Assembly (NCBI GenBank): GCA_964016885.1
Contig: OZ024740.1
Location: 261,330,001-261,394,000 of the forward strand
Direction of reading: 5' to 3'
DNA length: 64,000 nt
Source of the DNA: Eledone cirrhosa
Lineage: Eukaryota
The notes beneath the pieces were generated by a model. It searched no databases. It saw only the letters and a program-made list of their open reading frames with translations, and was not told the origin of the DNA. Shown piece by piece: positions 13,060 to 25,865 of this stretch; within the stretch, counting starts at the first letter, position 1, and each line of letters starts with the position of its first letter. The position numbers and the translations under genes were made by a program.

Positions 13060-13460
13060 AACTTAGTCGCTTTGGCCACAAACCCTGGCACCGTGGCCTG
13101 CAATGCAGAGGACAGGAAGACAAGCAAATATCGAGGCTCGTCTGGCTGCTTCCTCTTTGCACCGGTTGCTGTCAAGACTTCAGGCCGCCTCAAACCCCAT
13201 ACAGCTGAGCTCCTCTGTAAAATTGGAATGACAGCAGGCAGTGTGAGGTGGAGTGGTTGTTGTAGTGCGTGCAGAAATGCCTTTGCCATTTTCTCTGAAA
13301 CACAGCTCTGATCTACATGTAGAACCCCCCACTCCCTTTTCTTCCTTTACCTAATAGTCCTTGCTCTTTTCCTCTCATTTATGGCATTTATAGTCCTTTC
13401 CAATACTGCTTTCTTTTTCTGTATGTTTGACCAATTTGTAATTATATCAATAATAAATTT
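13060..13460 (+). mobile_element. 3' fragment of CRE-like RLE LINE
   Basis: AEDRKTSKY..FAPVAVKTSG resembles EEAKLLKY..VVPLAVETS of the 3226-4735 element; AATAAA at ~13452. Confidence 0.65.
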
Positions 13461-13804
13461 ATTTATAAGAGTTAATATCATTTTGTGGTGCAATTTGGAT
13501 ATTTGTTGATAATGCTCACATATGAACTGAAATTATTCTGTGCAAATATATTACATTGAAACATCTATGATCTCTGTATAAAAGGTAACTTGAATTGTCA
13601 GGCAACACCAGCGTGGTAGATGGGTGAATGTTGAAGCTTTGTATGTGGTACAAGTAAAAACAGAGGGATTAAACATTTCTGCATTACTATGGTGTAAATA
13701 ATCACCTACTTTTCATGAGTACAGATTGATTTGTCATCGTCAGTGAATGGGAAGACGTAAAACTGTGTCATTTGTAGAAAATAATTTACCACATGGTATT
13801 ATTA

Positions 13805-15139
13805 TTATGGTTTTTCTCCTGTGTGAGTACGTTTGTGTTTAGTTAAATTATCACTTCTGGCAAATGTTTCACTACATATATCACATTGGTATGGTCGTTC
13901 CCCTGAGTGAATACGTTTGTGTCGAGAAAAATGACCACTTTGAGAGAATGTTTTAGCACAGATATCACATTTGTATGGTCTTAATCCAGTGTGAATACGT
14001 AAATGGCAAGACAAATGACCTATTGTAGAGAATGTTTGATCACAAATGTCACATTCATATGTTTTCTCAGCAATGTGAATACGTTTGTGGGAAGACAAAT
14101 CAGCACTCTTAGAAAACGTTTTGCCACAGACATCACAGTGGTATGGTTTCTTTTCTGTGTGAGCACGTTTGTGGGAAGTCAAGTCACCAGCCTCAGAGAA
14201 TGTTTTACTATATTCATCACAGCTGAATAGTTTCTCATCTGTGTGAACACGTTTGTGTTGAGTTAAATTATCACTTCTAGCAAATGTTTCTTTACAGATG
14301 TCACATTTGTATGGTTTCTCTCCTGAGTGAATACGTTTGTGTCGAGAAAAGTGACTACTTTCAGAAAACGTTTTACCACAGATATCACAGTGGTATGGTG
14401 TCTCTCCTGTGTGAATACGTATGTGGCGTGAGAAATGACCACTTTGAGAGAATGTTTTACCACAGATATCACAAGTATATGGACGTTCTCCTGTGTGAAC
14501 ACGCACATGGCAAGACAAATGACCCCTTGTAGAAAATGTTTCATCACAGATACTACACTTGTATGGCTTCTTTCCTGTGTGAATAAGTTTGTGAGTAGAC
14601 AAATTAGAGCTACCCGAAAATGATTTACCACAAATATCACATTTATATGGTTTCTCCCCAGTGTGAATACGTTTATGACAAACTAAATTACCAGCCTCAG
14701 AGAATGATTTACCACAGACATCACAATGGTATGGTTTCTCTCCAGTGTGAATACGTTTATGACAAATTAAATGACCAAGCTCAGAGAATGCCTTTTCACA
14801 TACATTACAACTGTATGGCTTCTCTCCTGAATGAATACGTTTGTGGGTAGATAAATTATCCTTCCGTGAGAAATTTTTACCGCAGATATCACAGTGATAT
14901 GGCTTTTCTCCAGTGTGAATACGTTTGTGAGAACTTAAACTGCCACTCTGAGAGAATGTTTTACCACAAACATCGCACTTATGTACCTTTTTTACTACGT
15001 GAATACATTTATGAGAAGATAACAAACTGCTTGTAGCAAACAACCTCCCACATACATCACAAGAGTGGGATTTCACATCTGTATTTTCTTGTCTTTGATT
15101 AGATGAATCAAGAACTTTAGGCTCTCCTTTCTCCTCCAT
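13805..15139 (-). CDS. C2H2 zinc-finger protein, 15 fingers (finger 11 degenerate, C>Y)
   Basis: Intact 444-aa ORF with TGEKPY linkers; acceptor TTACAG at 15618 homologous to the gene 1 acceptor. Confidence 0.95.
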   Translation of the reverse strand: MEEKGEPKVLDSSNQRQENTDVKSHSCDVCGRLFATSSLLSSHKCIHVVKKVHKCDVCGKTFSQSGSLSSHKRIHTGEKPYHCDICGKNFSRKDNLSTHKRIHSGEKPYSCNVCEKAFSELGHLICHKRIHTGEKPYHCDVCGKSFSEAGNLVCHKRIHTGEKPYKCDICGKSFSGSSNLSTHKLIHTGKKPYKCSICDETFSTRGHLSCHVRVHTGERPYTCDICGKTFSQSGHFSRHIRIHTGETPYHCDICGKTFSESSHFSRHKRIHSGEKPYKCDICKETFARSDNLTQHKRVHTDEKLFSCDEYSKTFSEAGDLTSHKRAHTEKKPYHCDVCGKTFSKSADLSSHKRIHIAEKTYECDICDQTFSTIGHLSCHLRIHTGLRPYKCDICAKTFSQSGHFSRHKRIHSGERPYQCDICSETFARSDNLTKHKRTHTGEKP

Positions 15140-15468
15140 AACTTACTCTTTTAATCAATACTCTCCTTATTGACTTTGTTAAATTTTTTGTTTAATGTGT
15201 TAGTTCTTAATTTTGTGATTAATAATCAACAACTTCATGAACCTCTAACTCCAATTGACAAGATATATCTAGAAATCCAAACACATCAAAGACAATTAAT
15301 CCAATAAATCCTCATGGGAAATCTTCCAAATTTAATCACTAATGGACATTTTTGCAAATACTCTCAATCCAAACGAATATTTCACTCCAATTCAACCAAG
15401 AATTATAGAAACTGGCTGATATTCACAGGTTAATGTTATTGCAGTCTTGATAAGTTGATATGTGTGTA

Positions 15469-15518
<50 letters not shown>

Positions 15519-15899
15519 CTTCAGTGAAATCTGCTTCAGTACTGACCTGGTCTATGTAGACCCGTCCAACCCTTGCTAGCATGAAAAGCAGATGCTAAAA
15601 TGATGGTGATGATGAATCTGTAATGGAAGAAAACATAATACATTAAGAAAAATGTAGAGGTAATATGAAGGTTGTAGGAGATAAGATATATGAATACATG
15701 TATATTGAAATTTTTGGTTAAGAAATATTTTATCAAAATATTAAAGATAAACTAAACAGAAAAAAGTTGGAACATATGTGCAGAGAAAAGATAAAAAGGT
15801 GTGTTCATCATCATTACCGCCACCATTTAACATCTATTTTTCATGCTTGCATGGGTTAAACGAGTTTCTAAAAGAATCATCATCATTGTTTAAGATCCA

Positions 15900-16740
15900 T
15901 TGCACAGTTAGACAAGTTGTCGTGTTATGAGTTAAGTCTAGTGACCATGACTTGCTCATACGGATCTGGTTTTTGGCTTGATTTCTACAGCTGGATGCCC
16001 TTCCTTACAAGATGGACTGAGCTCTTTTTGTAGTATCACCAACACGAACGACCACCTTACAGAGTGGACTGGGCACTTTTTGTAATGTCACCAGCATGAC
16101 CACCTTACAGGGTGGACTAAGTGCTTTTATTTCATATTACCAGCATGATTGCTATACAAGGTGGACTGGTAACCTCTTGTCATGTCAACAGCACAACAGC
16201 TTACAGAGTGGATTGGAAGCTGCCTTTTGTCATTCACCAGCACAACCACCTTATAGGATGGATTGGGTGCTTTCATTGTGGTGGCACCAGACTGCTATAC
16301 AGAGTGGACAAAGTGCTTTTTTGTCATGGCAACAGCATTATAGGAGAGGGAGAGCAGATTTGGAGCATGTCTAGCTTTCCATACTTGAATGCATGTGAGG
16401 TACCTCTGTACCTCAAGAGTGTCGGAAGTGGGAGTGAACGAGTTGGACAAGGATGAGGTAAATGGGGTTTTTAGTTGGAGAGGGTGGAGTATTAAGACTG
16501 ATATGGGTGAATGGGGAAGGGAGATAAGTAGTGTAATCTAGTGTCCTCTACATGTTTGCTTCATAGTAAACTGGAGATTGTGATCCTATGTCATCTTTGA
16601 GAGGTTTACTTGTGCAAGGTCAGCTTTTATCACTTCATCCAAAGATTTCCTAGGTTTTCCTCTTTCATAGATTCCATAAACTTTGAGCGCTCTACACCTT
16701 TTTATAGAGCTGTCATCTTCCGTGCACACTACTGAAATAT
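15900..16740 (-). mobile_element. RTE LINE 3' end with ~48-bp tandem units
   Basis: EDDSSIKRCRALKV.G...RGKPRK ORF end (16586-16730); repeat units at 16010-16330; ggatgcccttcct motif. Confidence 0.75.
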
Positions 16741-17904
16741 CCTCTCCCACACACTGAATCTGACCACTCTTATGCCCAGTTTCTCTCTCAGTAACAACAC
16801 AAGAGTGTGGTTCCGTTATTAGAACACCCAAGGACCTTTCTATGAGATGAACTCAGAGGTCAGCTAAAGCTGTATTAGTGTGAGGGTTGAAAGAAGGGGA
16901 GGCAAACCTCATAGTCAGTCAGGAAGGCAAAAAGGAGTATCTCAGAAACAACAAACATTTGAAGATAATTTTCTGTTAAAATAGGTTAGACAGATTTCAT
17001 ATTGATCATGGGATCTTGTTTGAAGCAATGTTTTCAACGGGTTGGACTGGGTACTTCTTCATCATGACATAAGCATGTTTGATATCAGTTGACAGGGAAC
17101 ACAGAAAAAAACGAAGATTTCTTCTTCTTTGCCCACTTATTCATGGGGATAGAGTCCTCAAACACTCCTTCCAGTGGGTCGTGTCAGAAGAAAGTATTTC
17201 CAAGTGAAACCAGCCAAGCTCATGGATGTTATCCAACTATCTTGCTTGGGATCTACCCCTGGGTCTTCTGCTGGTTGGTTTTGTCTGTAAAATCTGTCCA
17301 GCAATTGCTTCCCGAGACAGTCTAACCACAGGTCCATAATATCAGAGCTGTGGTCACTCAATTCGGAGAAATAGTGGCTCTACCTAGAGTGATCCTCTGA
17401 TATCCAAGCTATGCATTCCATCGAGTAATATTGCTTCAAAGAACCTTGAATTACTGAAATTAATGTTTCATTGATGTTTTTTTTCCTGCTTTGATTGTAT
17501 ATTTTTGTGTTTTATATTTATAAAGTTCCTAGCAATAATTAATTGATTATATATATATGTATTTCTATTTAATTTTATTGTAAATGTGGTTGGTGTTAGG
17601 AAGGGCATCCAACTGTAGAAAACCCGCCAGACAGTCCTATGCGAGCAAGACAACCACTCTTGCCTCAAGTGGGAAAACCCCCGTCCAAACCCATGCAAGC
17701 GTGGAACACGGACGCTAAACCTGATGATGATGATGATATTTGTTAAATGATAACATTTTTAACAAATAGAGCAATTTGATTAATTTTACTTTTTAATTAA
17801 TTAGATGTTGTCTTTTTCATAATACAGATGCTTTTAAAATGAAATTAGTTATTACATAACACAAAGTATATTTTTGTTAGCAATGATGGAAACATATTTA
17901 TAAA

Positions 17905-18125
17905 TAATAATGGTTTCTGATTTAGGCACAAGGCCAACAATTTCAAGGGAAGGGGAAAGTCGATTAAATCGACATAAGTGTATTACTGGTACTTTATTTT
18001 AGCGAACCCGTAAAGATGAAAGACAAAGTAAACCTCGGCCGGATTTGAACTCAGCACGTAAAGAGACAAGTCTATGCCGCGAAACATGATGCCCAACACT
18101 CTACTGATACTACCCCTAATAATTG
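17905..18125 (-). mobile_element. Nin-like tRNA SINE
   Basis: Homologous to 6787-6973. Confidence 0.75.
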
Positions 18126-18400
18126 GATGTGGGGTTTTAAAAAATATAGTTTACATTTGTAATGAAATTCTAATCCCAACAAACTTTAATGCTCCATGTA
18201 CCTGTAAAAATAATTTTATTCTAAAAGCATGTGTAAAATGGAAAAAACAAAACAAATACATTTAGTTAATTTTAGAATTATCTAGACGAAAACGAAACTA
18301 AGTCGTTTCAGAAACCCAAGGTACTTTTTTCTACCATTTGTAAGTTTAATTTTTAACTCCACATGTAATCGGCAATACCGATATATATATATATATATAT

Positions 18401-18847
18401 ATGTAATCAGAGTTTTTCGAATATTAACAATAACATTCGATTCGTTTGCAATTATGCAAACAAGCCTCAATGTTATAGCCATGTCAGTAGAATGAACACT
18501 TCATTCTTGCTCTTATGTTGGCATGCGAACAGAACTGCGGACACTAATGTTTCTGGGTATCACCCTTCATCAGTACAGCTCACTGTTCACCTGCCGATCA
18601 ATCACTGTGTATTTTTGAAAATAGCATATATTTTCACTCGCCCTGACAGTTTGGCAGGTGAACAGTGAGCTGTACTGATGAAGGGTGATACCCAGAAACA
18701 TTAGTGTCTGCAGTTCTGTTCGCATGCCAACATAAGAGCAAGAATGAAGTGTTCATTCTACTGACATGGCTATAAAATTGAGGCTTGTTTGCATAATTGC
18801 AAACGAATCGAATGTTATTATTAATCTTCGAAAAACTCAGATTACAT
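18401..18847. repeat. Fold-back element with ~195-bp inverted arms, each carrying a hammerhead motif
   Basis: 18401-18597 is the near-perfect reverse complement of 18651-18847; flanked by TA-rich tracts. Confidence 0.9.
18670..18713 (+). ncRNA. Type I hammerhead ribozyme
   Basis: CTGTA-CTGATGA-A GGGT gat ACCC A-GAAACA ttag TGTC-TGCAG; predicted GUC cleavage after 18708; mirror copy on the minus strand at ~18535-18578. Confidence 0.8.
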
Positions 18848-19561
18848 TTATTGTATTCAGCCATGTAGAGCGAACTTTCCTCTTTATATATATATATATA
18901 CACACACAGACGTATAGAGAGAGAGAAGGCGGTGCCTCGGCATTGTCGCACTCTAATGACTGGAATCCAGTAAAATAATATATGAAACTATTTATCTGGA
19001 TTGTCGCTGATATCCTTCCAATTCATGAATGTCAATTTTCTTGACCAGTGTCCAAAACCCTTTATATTTTATCAATAATGGGGACTGCTAAAACTCAGGC
19101 CGTAAATTTAACAGTTCTCGTTTCCTTTAAATCCTGTGTTGGCTCATGTGTAGTTCCTATTCATTCTATTCCTTCTTTTTAGTGATTACATGTAAAACGT
19201 GTAAATTGATAAATATCAGTTATACCTTTACTGTGGTCGTTCCATGTTTTGATTCTGCTGTTTTGCTTGACCCGTATGCTGACCTCATCTTCGCACATGT
19301 GTTATTTGAACTATGTTTGTTTATGTAATTTATAAAATCAGCATCGAGTGTATATACTGGAAATTAAATAACATCACTTTTTTTTATTATCTTGTTAAAT
19401 TTCGGTTTGATTTTGTGGATGTTGCTGGATTAAATTACGGAGAGTCGCATTTGACATCCAGCCATTCCCAGCGGCTCCAAATTTTAAGGGACTTTAATAT
19501 CGATGAAAAAAAAATTAAATTTCGATAAAATAAATATATAAAATATATTATTGATACTTAC

Positions 19562-19880
19562 ATAATAATGTAGATTTCAGATGAATTAATGAGATAATAT
19601 GAAATAGTCAGGCGTAAAATTGACGAGGACATTGATGGATTTGAACAGAACTCTGAACTACTTCTTACAGAATATCAGTTTTTTCTGGTTAATGAATATA
19701 TTAATTGTTGTTGTTAATTAGTTCTAGCTAAGGCAGCGTAAATAAATGTAGAAACAAAGAATAACATATCTACAGTATTTATACATTTCGAAAACGAATG
19801 AATGTAAGCTAACGGAAGTAACATTGGTTGCAAGAGAAATACTTACCTCCAATCATTAGAGAGTACTATACATTTTCTGG
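19562..19880 (-). promoter_or_regulatory. Predicted non-coding exons of ZNF gene 2 (19562-19684 and 19847 onward)
   Basis: ACTTAC (minus-strand donors) at 19556-19561 and 19841-19846; CGGAAGT motif at ~19813; homology to the 5040-5360 block. Confidence 0.6.
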
Positions 19881-20859
19881 TAAAGTTTCGTTTTAGGTAT
19901 ATTAAATAACAGGTAATAAAGTTAAAGTGAAAGGAGAATCAAACATTAAAATGAAACTGAATAACTTTTACACGTCTTATCGGAGTCTTAGGCGAGATTC
20001 TTCGTGGTGTCACTCATATCCAACTGCCTCACCTTCTTAAGCTAATTTATTGGTGGGTGGCAGCCGACAGTAAACAAAATTTTACCATTAAATCATTTGA
20101 ATATTAAAAATCGTAATTGAAAAATAAATTTCACAAAGAAATCCATTAAAAAAATTCAAATTGGCGAAGATTCACGACGCGAAAGTAGATTTCTTTCACT
20201 TACTTTTTCAAAACAACCTCCAATTCCTTGATGTTTAGCCCTATTTCATGCCAGATAGATTATTAAAACCTTTCACTTGGACTACAATATTTAGTGTGCT
20301 TTTGTGTTTTAATCTCAGCCCAGGCTTAATCCAGCCGGGTGGTTCATTATGTGAAGAAAATAGAAAATAACAAAAAACAAACAAAAATCATCTTCTTATC
20401 GTGTCGACACTTATAACTGTTGCTTGTAGTGGTGATAGGATTAGCAGTATCTTATCAATACTCCCAGGGCCGCGGCGTGGACGCTCCTATCTTGACCCCA
20501 AGTCAAATAATAGTAAAAATAAAACATTCCTTTACCTAAGATACAGAAATATTTCCCATCCTATATTTCCCATCCTATATTTTTTCACTACCAAGGAACT
20601 TTTTTATTTACATGAATTTCCCAAATTAATTACATTTCCTAGATTGTTATACAGTGTTAATAAAAGAAAAGGAGAAATGTTTATATTTGGAGAAAAATGA
20701 ATATCTAGTAGTGTGTGTATATAATATTTTTAACAAAGTAGAAGAAATTTTGAACTTAGCTCCCAGGGTTTTATGGAGCTCTGGTTGTGAACTATTGTTT
20801 TATATAACGGATATTTCTAACTTCACAGTATGTTGTACAGGCTTGGTCACTTTACCTTC

Positions 20860-20980
20860 AAAAGGACATAAAGCTAATGACAATCCAGAGAAGAGCAAAA
20901 ATACCGTAATAATTTAAAAAATCTGTCTTATGAAGAATGATGCAAAAACTTAAGAATGACAACTTTAGAGTAGAGAAGAC
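20860..20980 (+). mobile_element. CR1-like LINE remnant
   Basis: Broken IQRRA...KNLSYEE..KNL.MTTLE.RR motif. Confidence 0.5.
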
Positions 20981-21051
20981 ATATATCATTTTACGTCCGC
21001 TTTTCCCTGCTAGCAAGGGTTGAACACACACATACATATATATATATAAAC

Positions 21052-21562
21052 TAAATTTGATTTTGCTCTAACATAACGGATACGTAAATGCATTCGTGAG
21101 TGAATAATAATATTATTATTAATATTCGATTTGATTGCAAGCAAACAGCCTCATAACACCATGTGTTCTAAACAACTAACATCATCCTTTTGTCCCAACG
21201 GTAACAGAGAAAAACAATCTACAATTGTTTTGGGGTTATTGTGTCCCTTAATGAGATTGTGTATTTCTCCCTTTTCTGCTACACATTGGAACTCTTGAGA
21301 ATATATTGTATTCTCTACTGTATACATTGGCTAATTAGCCTAATTTGCTTACTGGGCGATTTTACGGCTAGCTTTGTTGAAAATTAAAAACAAAATTTGG
21401 TTTTGTTCTAAAATAGCAGATATGTAAATGCATTCATGAGTGAATAATAATATTAATATTCGATTTGTTTGCAAGCAAACATCCTCATAATGCATGTGTT
21501 CTAGATGATTAACCTCATCCTTTTGTTAGTCATCTAGAACCCATGGTGTTATGAGGTTGTTT
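21052..21562. repeat. Direct plus inverted repeat related to the 18401 fold-back family (pLTR-like)
   Basis: 21052-21192 recurs at 21393-21525, followed by an inverted copy at 21524-21562; shares the attcgattNgtttgcaa..gcaaac..cctca motif with ~18435-18470. Confidence 0.7.
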
Positions 21563-21689
21563 TCTTGTTATCCAACCATTTTGCTCAGGGTCTCCTGCCA
21601 GTTGGTTTTGCCGACAAAATTTGACTTATTCTAACTACATCTGTAATATTGGAGCTGTGATAACTTAATTTGGATAAGTAGCGGCCCTA

Positions 21690-22740
21690 CCTAGAGTGAC
21701 TCTTTGATCTACGACCGATGCATTCTATTGAGTAATGTTACTCCAAAGACCCTTCGAAGGAACCACATTTCGGACCCTTGTATTTGTGATCTGATTTTTT
21801 TGCTCATTACCCAAGATTCATAACCATAGGGAACGATTGGCACAAATACTGAATTGAAGACAGTGCGTATGACTTTTGCACCTATCTCCCTTCTGATTAC
21901 TAAATGCTGAAGCTGGCACATTACTGCACCAGCTTTTGCAATTCCTATACTTAATTCAGCCTCCTGCCTTCCATCACTCATGAACATGGCGCTGAGATAC
22001 TTGAACTTCTCTACCTGCTTCAGTGGAACTTCATTCACATGTAGCGTGCACTGCGCAGGCTTCCTTGAGAAGCCAAGTGTCTCAGTTATCGCATCACTGA
22101 TCTTCATTCCAGCCATGCAGCACTTGGCATCAAACCTATCGAGTGCAAGTCGGAGATCACTTTCTATCAAGTTAAGTAAGACGATGTCATCTGCAAATTC
22201 CAGCCGACTGATTTTACACCCGCCAGTCATGATACCACTTCCAACCCAGCTATGCATGTCAATCCTGTTCATGTAAATAATGAACAAGAGAAGTGACAGT
22301 ACGCACCCTTGACAGAGTCCAACTCCCACATTGAATGGTTTTGATTTAGCAGCATTTATCTGAACACAAATACTCAGGCATTTGTATAGAGAGATCAGGG
22401 CAGCAAGAAGCTGATCATCGATACTCCTGTACAACCTTCTGCAGCAGGTCCCGAGGAACATGATCATATTCCTTTTTGAGGTCGACAAAACAAGAATATA
22501 CCTCTTGGCAATACTCCCACAATTTCTTGAAGACCTGCAACAGTGTGAATATTTGGTCGACTGCTGCATCCAGGGCAAAAACAACACTGTTCATTAGCTA
22601 GCTTGGACTCGACAATCTTCCTGCAACTCTTTGCCAGACTTCACTGGGGAGGCTTAACAAGATCCCTCTGTAATTGGAGTAATCTATCGTCTGCCTTTTT
22701 GAAAATTGAAATTATTACTCCTGATTGCCATTGCTTAAAT
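21690..22740 (-). mobile_element. RTE-clade LINE RT fragment (second family)
   Basis: GLCQGCVLSLLLF, FADD, FKYL, YGYESW, EMWFLRR motifs; related pieces at ~17140-17350 (-), 44480-45050 (+) and ~51255-51500 (-). Confidence 0.9.
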
Positions 22741-23199
22741 GCCTTTCCTCCTTCTCTGGAGGAAATTGCCAATGTTTAGACATGGAGAGGTGATGGGCTC
22801 CACCAGGTTTAAAAAATACCCAAGAAACGCCATATGTCACTACAGCATCCCCACGACTCCACCAGGAGAGTTACGGGTACATACATACACAGAAATTTAC
22901 TCACTATTTACTTTAGTAATTAATTGTTACAAAATAAAAGGTCATCATTTGACATAGACTTTTAACCTAGTAATCATCACTAATTATCATTTCAAACACT
23001 ATCATCTCTAACATTTCCAAATCCAAATCCAGGGCCTTCTCATTCCCATTTGAGTAACTCCTCCCTGGTTGAACTTTACTGCTTCCTATCTCTGGCCATG
23101 TGGGACTGAGGTATCGAGTCAAGTAGTCAATATTTAGTCTTCAACAAATGATAAAATAACTGAGAGCTTCAAAGTAAAGAGTTAGTGAAGATCAATTTG

Positions 23200-23466
23200 T
23201 AAAAAAAAGACGATATTATACATAAACTGCAAAATATATGTTTATTTAAGCGATTGCTAACCGGAAGTGTTGACATTTGAAAATTTTATAAAGTGAATCT
23301 TTAAATAAACAATAAAATATCTTTAATCAAAAATAACGAAATTTAGTAGACAAAAATACCCTCACTTTCTTCCTTGGAAAAAGTTACATCTATGGTGCAA
23401 ATTTGGTGCCGTTTTGCCAAAAGTTTGTTACATACATATGGCCGTCAGCATTATTAATATAGATTA
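23200..23466 (-). mobile_element. Non-autonomous Helitron-like 5' fragment
   Basis: Minus strand begins A|TCTATATTAATAA; 23200-23345 recurs at 33560-33745. Confidence 0.5.
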
Positions 23467-24244
23467 GAGTGTATTTTTTATAGTTCTATAAATTTTATCA
23501 ACCTTTGTGAGTTACACAAACACTGAGGATTAACTATTGGAATGTTTGAGCAGGTGCATAGTGGAGTTATGTTGTGGCTTAGTAAATATCATTTTGGGGT
23601 GTAATCTGGATATTTGTTTATAATGCTTACATCTGAAAAGAAATTATCACAGAAGTATGTCACATATTGACTTAGTCTTGAGTCTCAAAAAATGCTACCT
23701 GCTTATAAAATTTTGCTAATTTATTTCTGGTGAAATTTTATTTTAAATAGTAGCGTTCCTATGACAATTAATTTTCTTTATACATTATAAAACATTATAC
23801 ATAAAAAAAAATCCCTGGGGTTTCAATGTGTAAACTAAACTAGTTCTAGTTTTAAAAAAAAAAATCAGGGAGACAACCTAGAAGAATTGTCGCTTTTCCA
23901 ACCCTGCTTATTTTACCCCACCCCCCTATTATTTGTGACGCGAGAGTATGTGAATATTTTTATGATAATATGTAAAGTGGTTGGGAATAGGAAAAGCATC
24001 CAGCCATAGAATTCTTGCCAAAGGGTTTGAACGACCCTCTGTTGTGTCAATGGTATGACAACCTCTCCTGAGCACTTGTTGGAATGTGAAACATAAGCGA
24101 GACAGATCCCTGGATTGCCTGGGAGATGAGTGGCTCTGCGTCAAAACTGAGTATGTCTATATGGACCCATCCAACCCTTGCTAGAAGGGAAAGCAGACAT
24201 TAAAACAATGATGATGATTATTATTATTAGTGTTATTATTTATT

Positions 24245-24583
24245 TCATGTAAAGTGGTCGTGTAGGTGTCACAACAAAAAGCACCCAGTCGATGTTATAA
24301 AGTGGTCATGTAAGTGGCACAGTAAAAGGTGCCCAACCCACATTGTAAAGTGGTTGTCTTGGTGCCATGATAAAAAGCACCCAGCCCACACTGTAAAGTA
24401 GTCATGTAGGAGTCATGACATAAAGCATCCAGCACACACTGTAAAGGGCATCCAGCTGTAGAAACCAAGCCAAAATCAGTTCTGTATGTACAAGACACGG
24501 TCATCCGACCTGGTTTGTCTCACAACGGGACAGCTCGTCTAACCCATGCTAGCATGGAAAATGGACATTAAACGGTGATGATG
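24245..24583 (+). repeat. RTE-type tail with 48-bp tandem units
   Basis: About four aaaaagcacccagNccacactgtaaagtggtc units, then gggcatccagctgtagaaacc and a GAT tail. Confidence 0.8.
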
Positions 24584-25437
24584 AAAGAACTATTTCAGTT
24601 TTGTATATTACCCTATTTAGTCACTAAAACCTTTAAAATCATAAACATCAAGCCTCACAATCTGTGGTAATAACTCATGGTAACCCCCACATATGTGACA
24701 TTATGAAAACCTTTAGGGTCAGCAAGACTATATTTTACTTTCATACTAAATGATTACATACTGTAACTAAATAAAAAAAGGTAATTGTGTAAATGTTATT
24801 ACATTATTGTTTATTAAGGACAGTGGATTGGCATTAAATTAATCAGTAGAGTGTCAAACAACATCCTTTGCAGCATATAGTTACATCCCTTTATGTTCTG
24901 AGTTCAAACACCACCAAGGTTAGCTTTGCCTTTCATCCTCACAGGGTTGATAAAATATAGCACCAGTAATGCACTGGAGTCAATTTAATTAACTTTCCAC
25001 ACTTCCTTTCAAATTGTTGGCCTTGTGCCAAATGTAGAAACAATTATTGTTTGTTAATAGAGCAGATGTGTGGTCACAGATAAATATAACTTGTTTGCTC
25101 GAGTGTGCTATAATTTGTAATTAGGAAGTGAATCATTAGAGTACAGGACAAAATTCCTTGCAGTCTTTTGGCACTACTGCTCAGGTCAACTTTGTCTTTC
25201 ATCCTTCCATGATTGATAAAATAAAGTACCAGTCTAGTAGTAGACTAGTGGAATTGTTGGATAATTGGGGTATTTGTTCTAGCTCCTTGCATTTTGAGTT
25301 AAAATCCTGCTGTAACTTACTTGATTACTAGACCTAATCTGTCACCCAATTTAACATTACCACCAGCCCCTTGGTTGCAAGTATTTGGTCCAGATCTCTG
25401 GTTTGAGGATCATGAGCTCTACTCTTTTTTCGTTGAT

Positions 25438-25865
25438 TCATCATCATCATCATCATCATCTTCGTTTAACGTCCATTTTCCACGCTACCATGGGTTAGAT
25501 GGGAGTTGTCCCACTTGAGGCAAGGTTGGTTGGGTGACCATGTCTCGCTCATATAGGACTATCTGGCAGGTTTTCTACGGCTGGATGCCCTTCCTAACAC
25601 CAACCACATTTACAGTGTGGAACTGGGAACTTTTTACCGTGTTACCTACACGGCCACATTACAGCGTGGACTGTTGTGTTTTTTCTCGTGACACCTACAC
25701 GATCTTGATCTCATTTATTTGGACTGGATGTTGTGTTACCAACTTTATAGAGAGAGGGTGGTGTTGGTGGGAGTGGGAGGATAGGGTAGGGGTAGTGGAT
25801 TGGGGTGTATATTTGGTTAAGAGGTGCCAACTGACTGTAGGTTTCGCTTTGTACATAAGCAAGGG
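25438..25865 (-). mobile_element. RTE LINE 3' UTR
   Basis: Reverse complement of ~55680-56088. Confidence 0.85.

Noticed and set aside
14003-14850. Alternative-frame and antisense ORFs over the ZNF genes
   Set aside because: By-products of the 84-bp finger periodicity.
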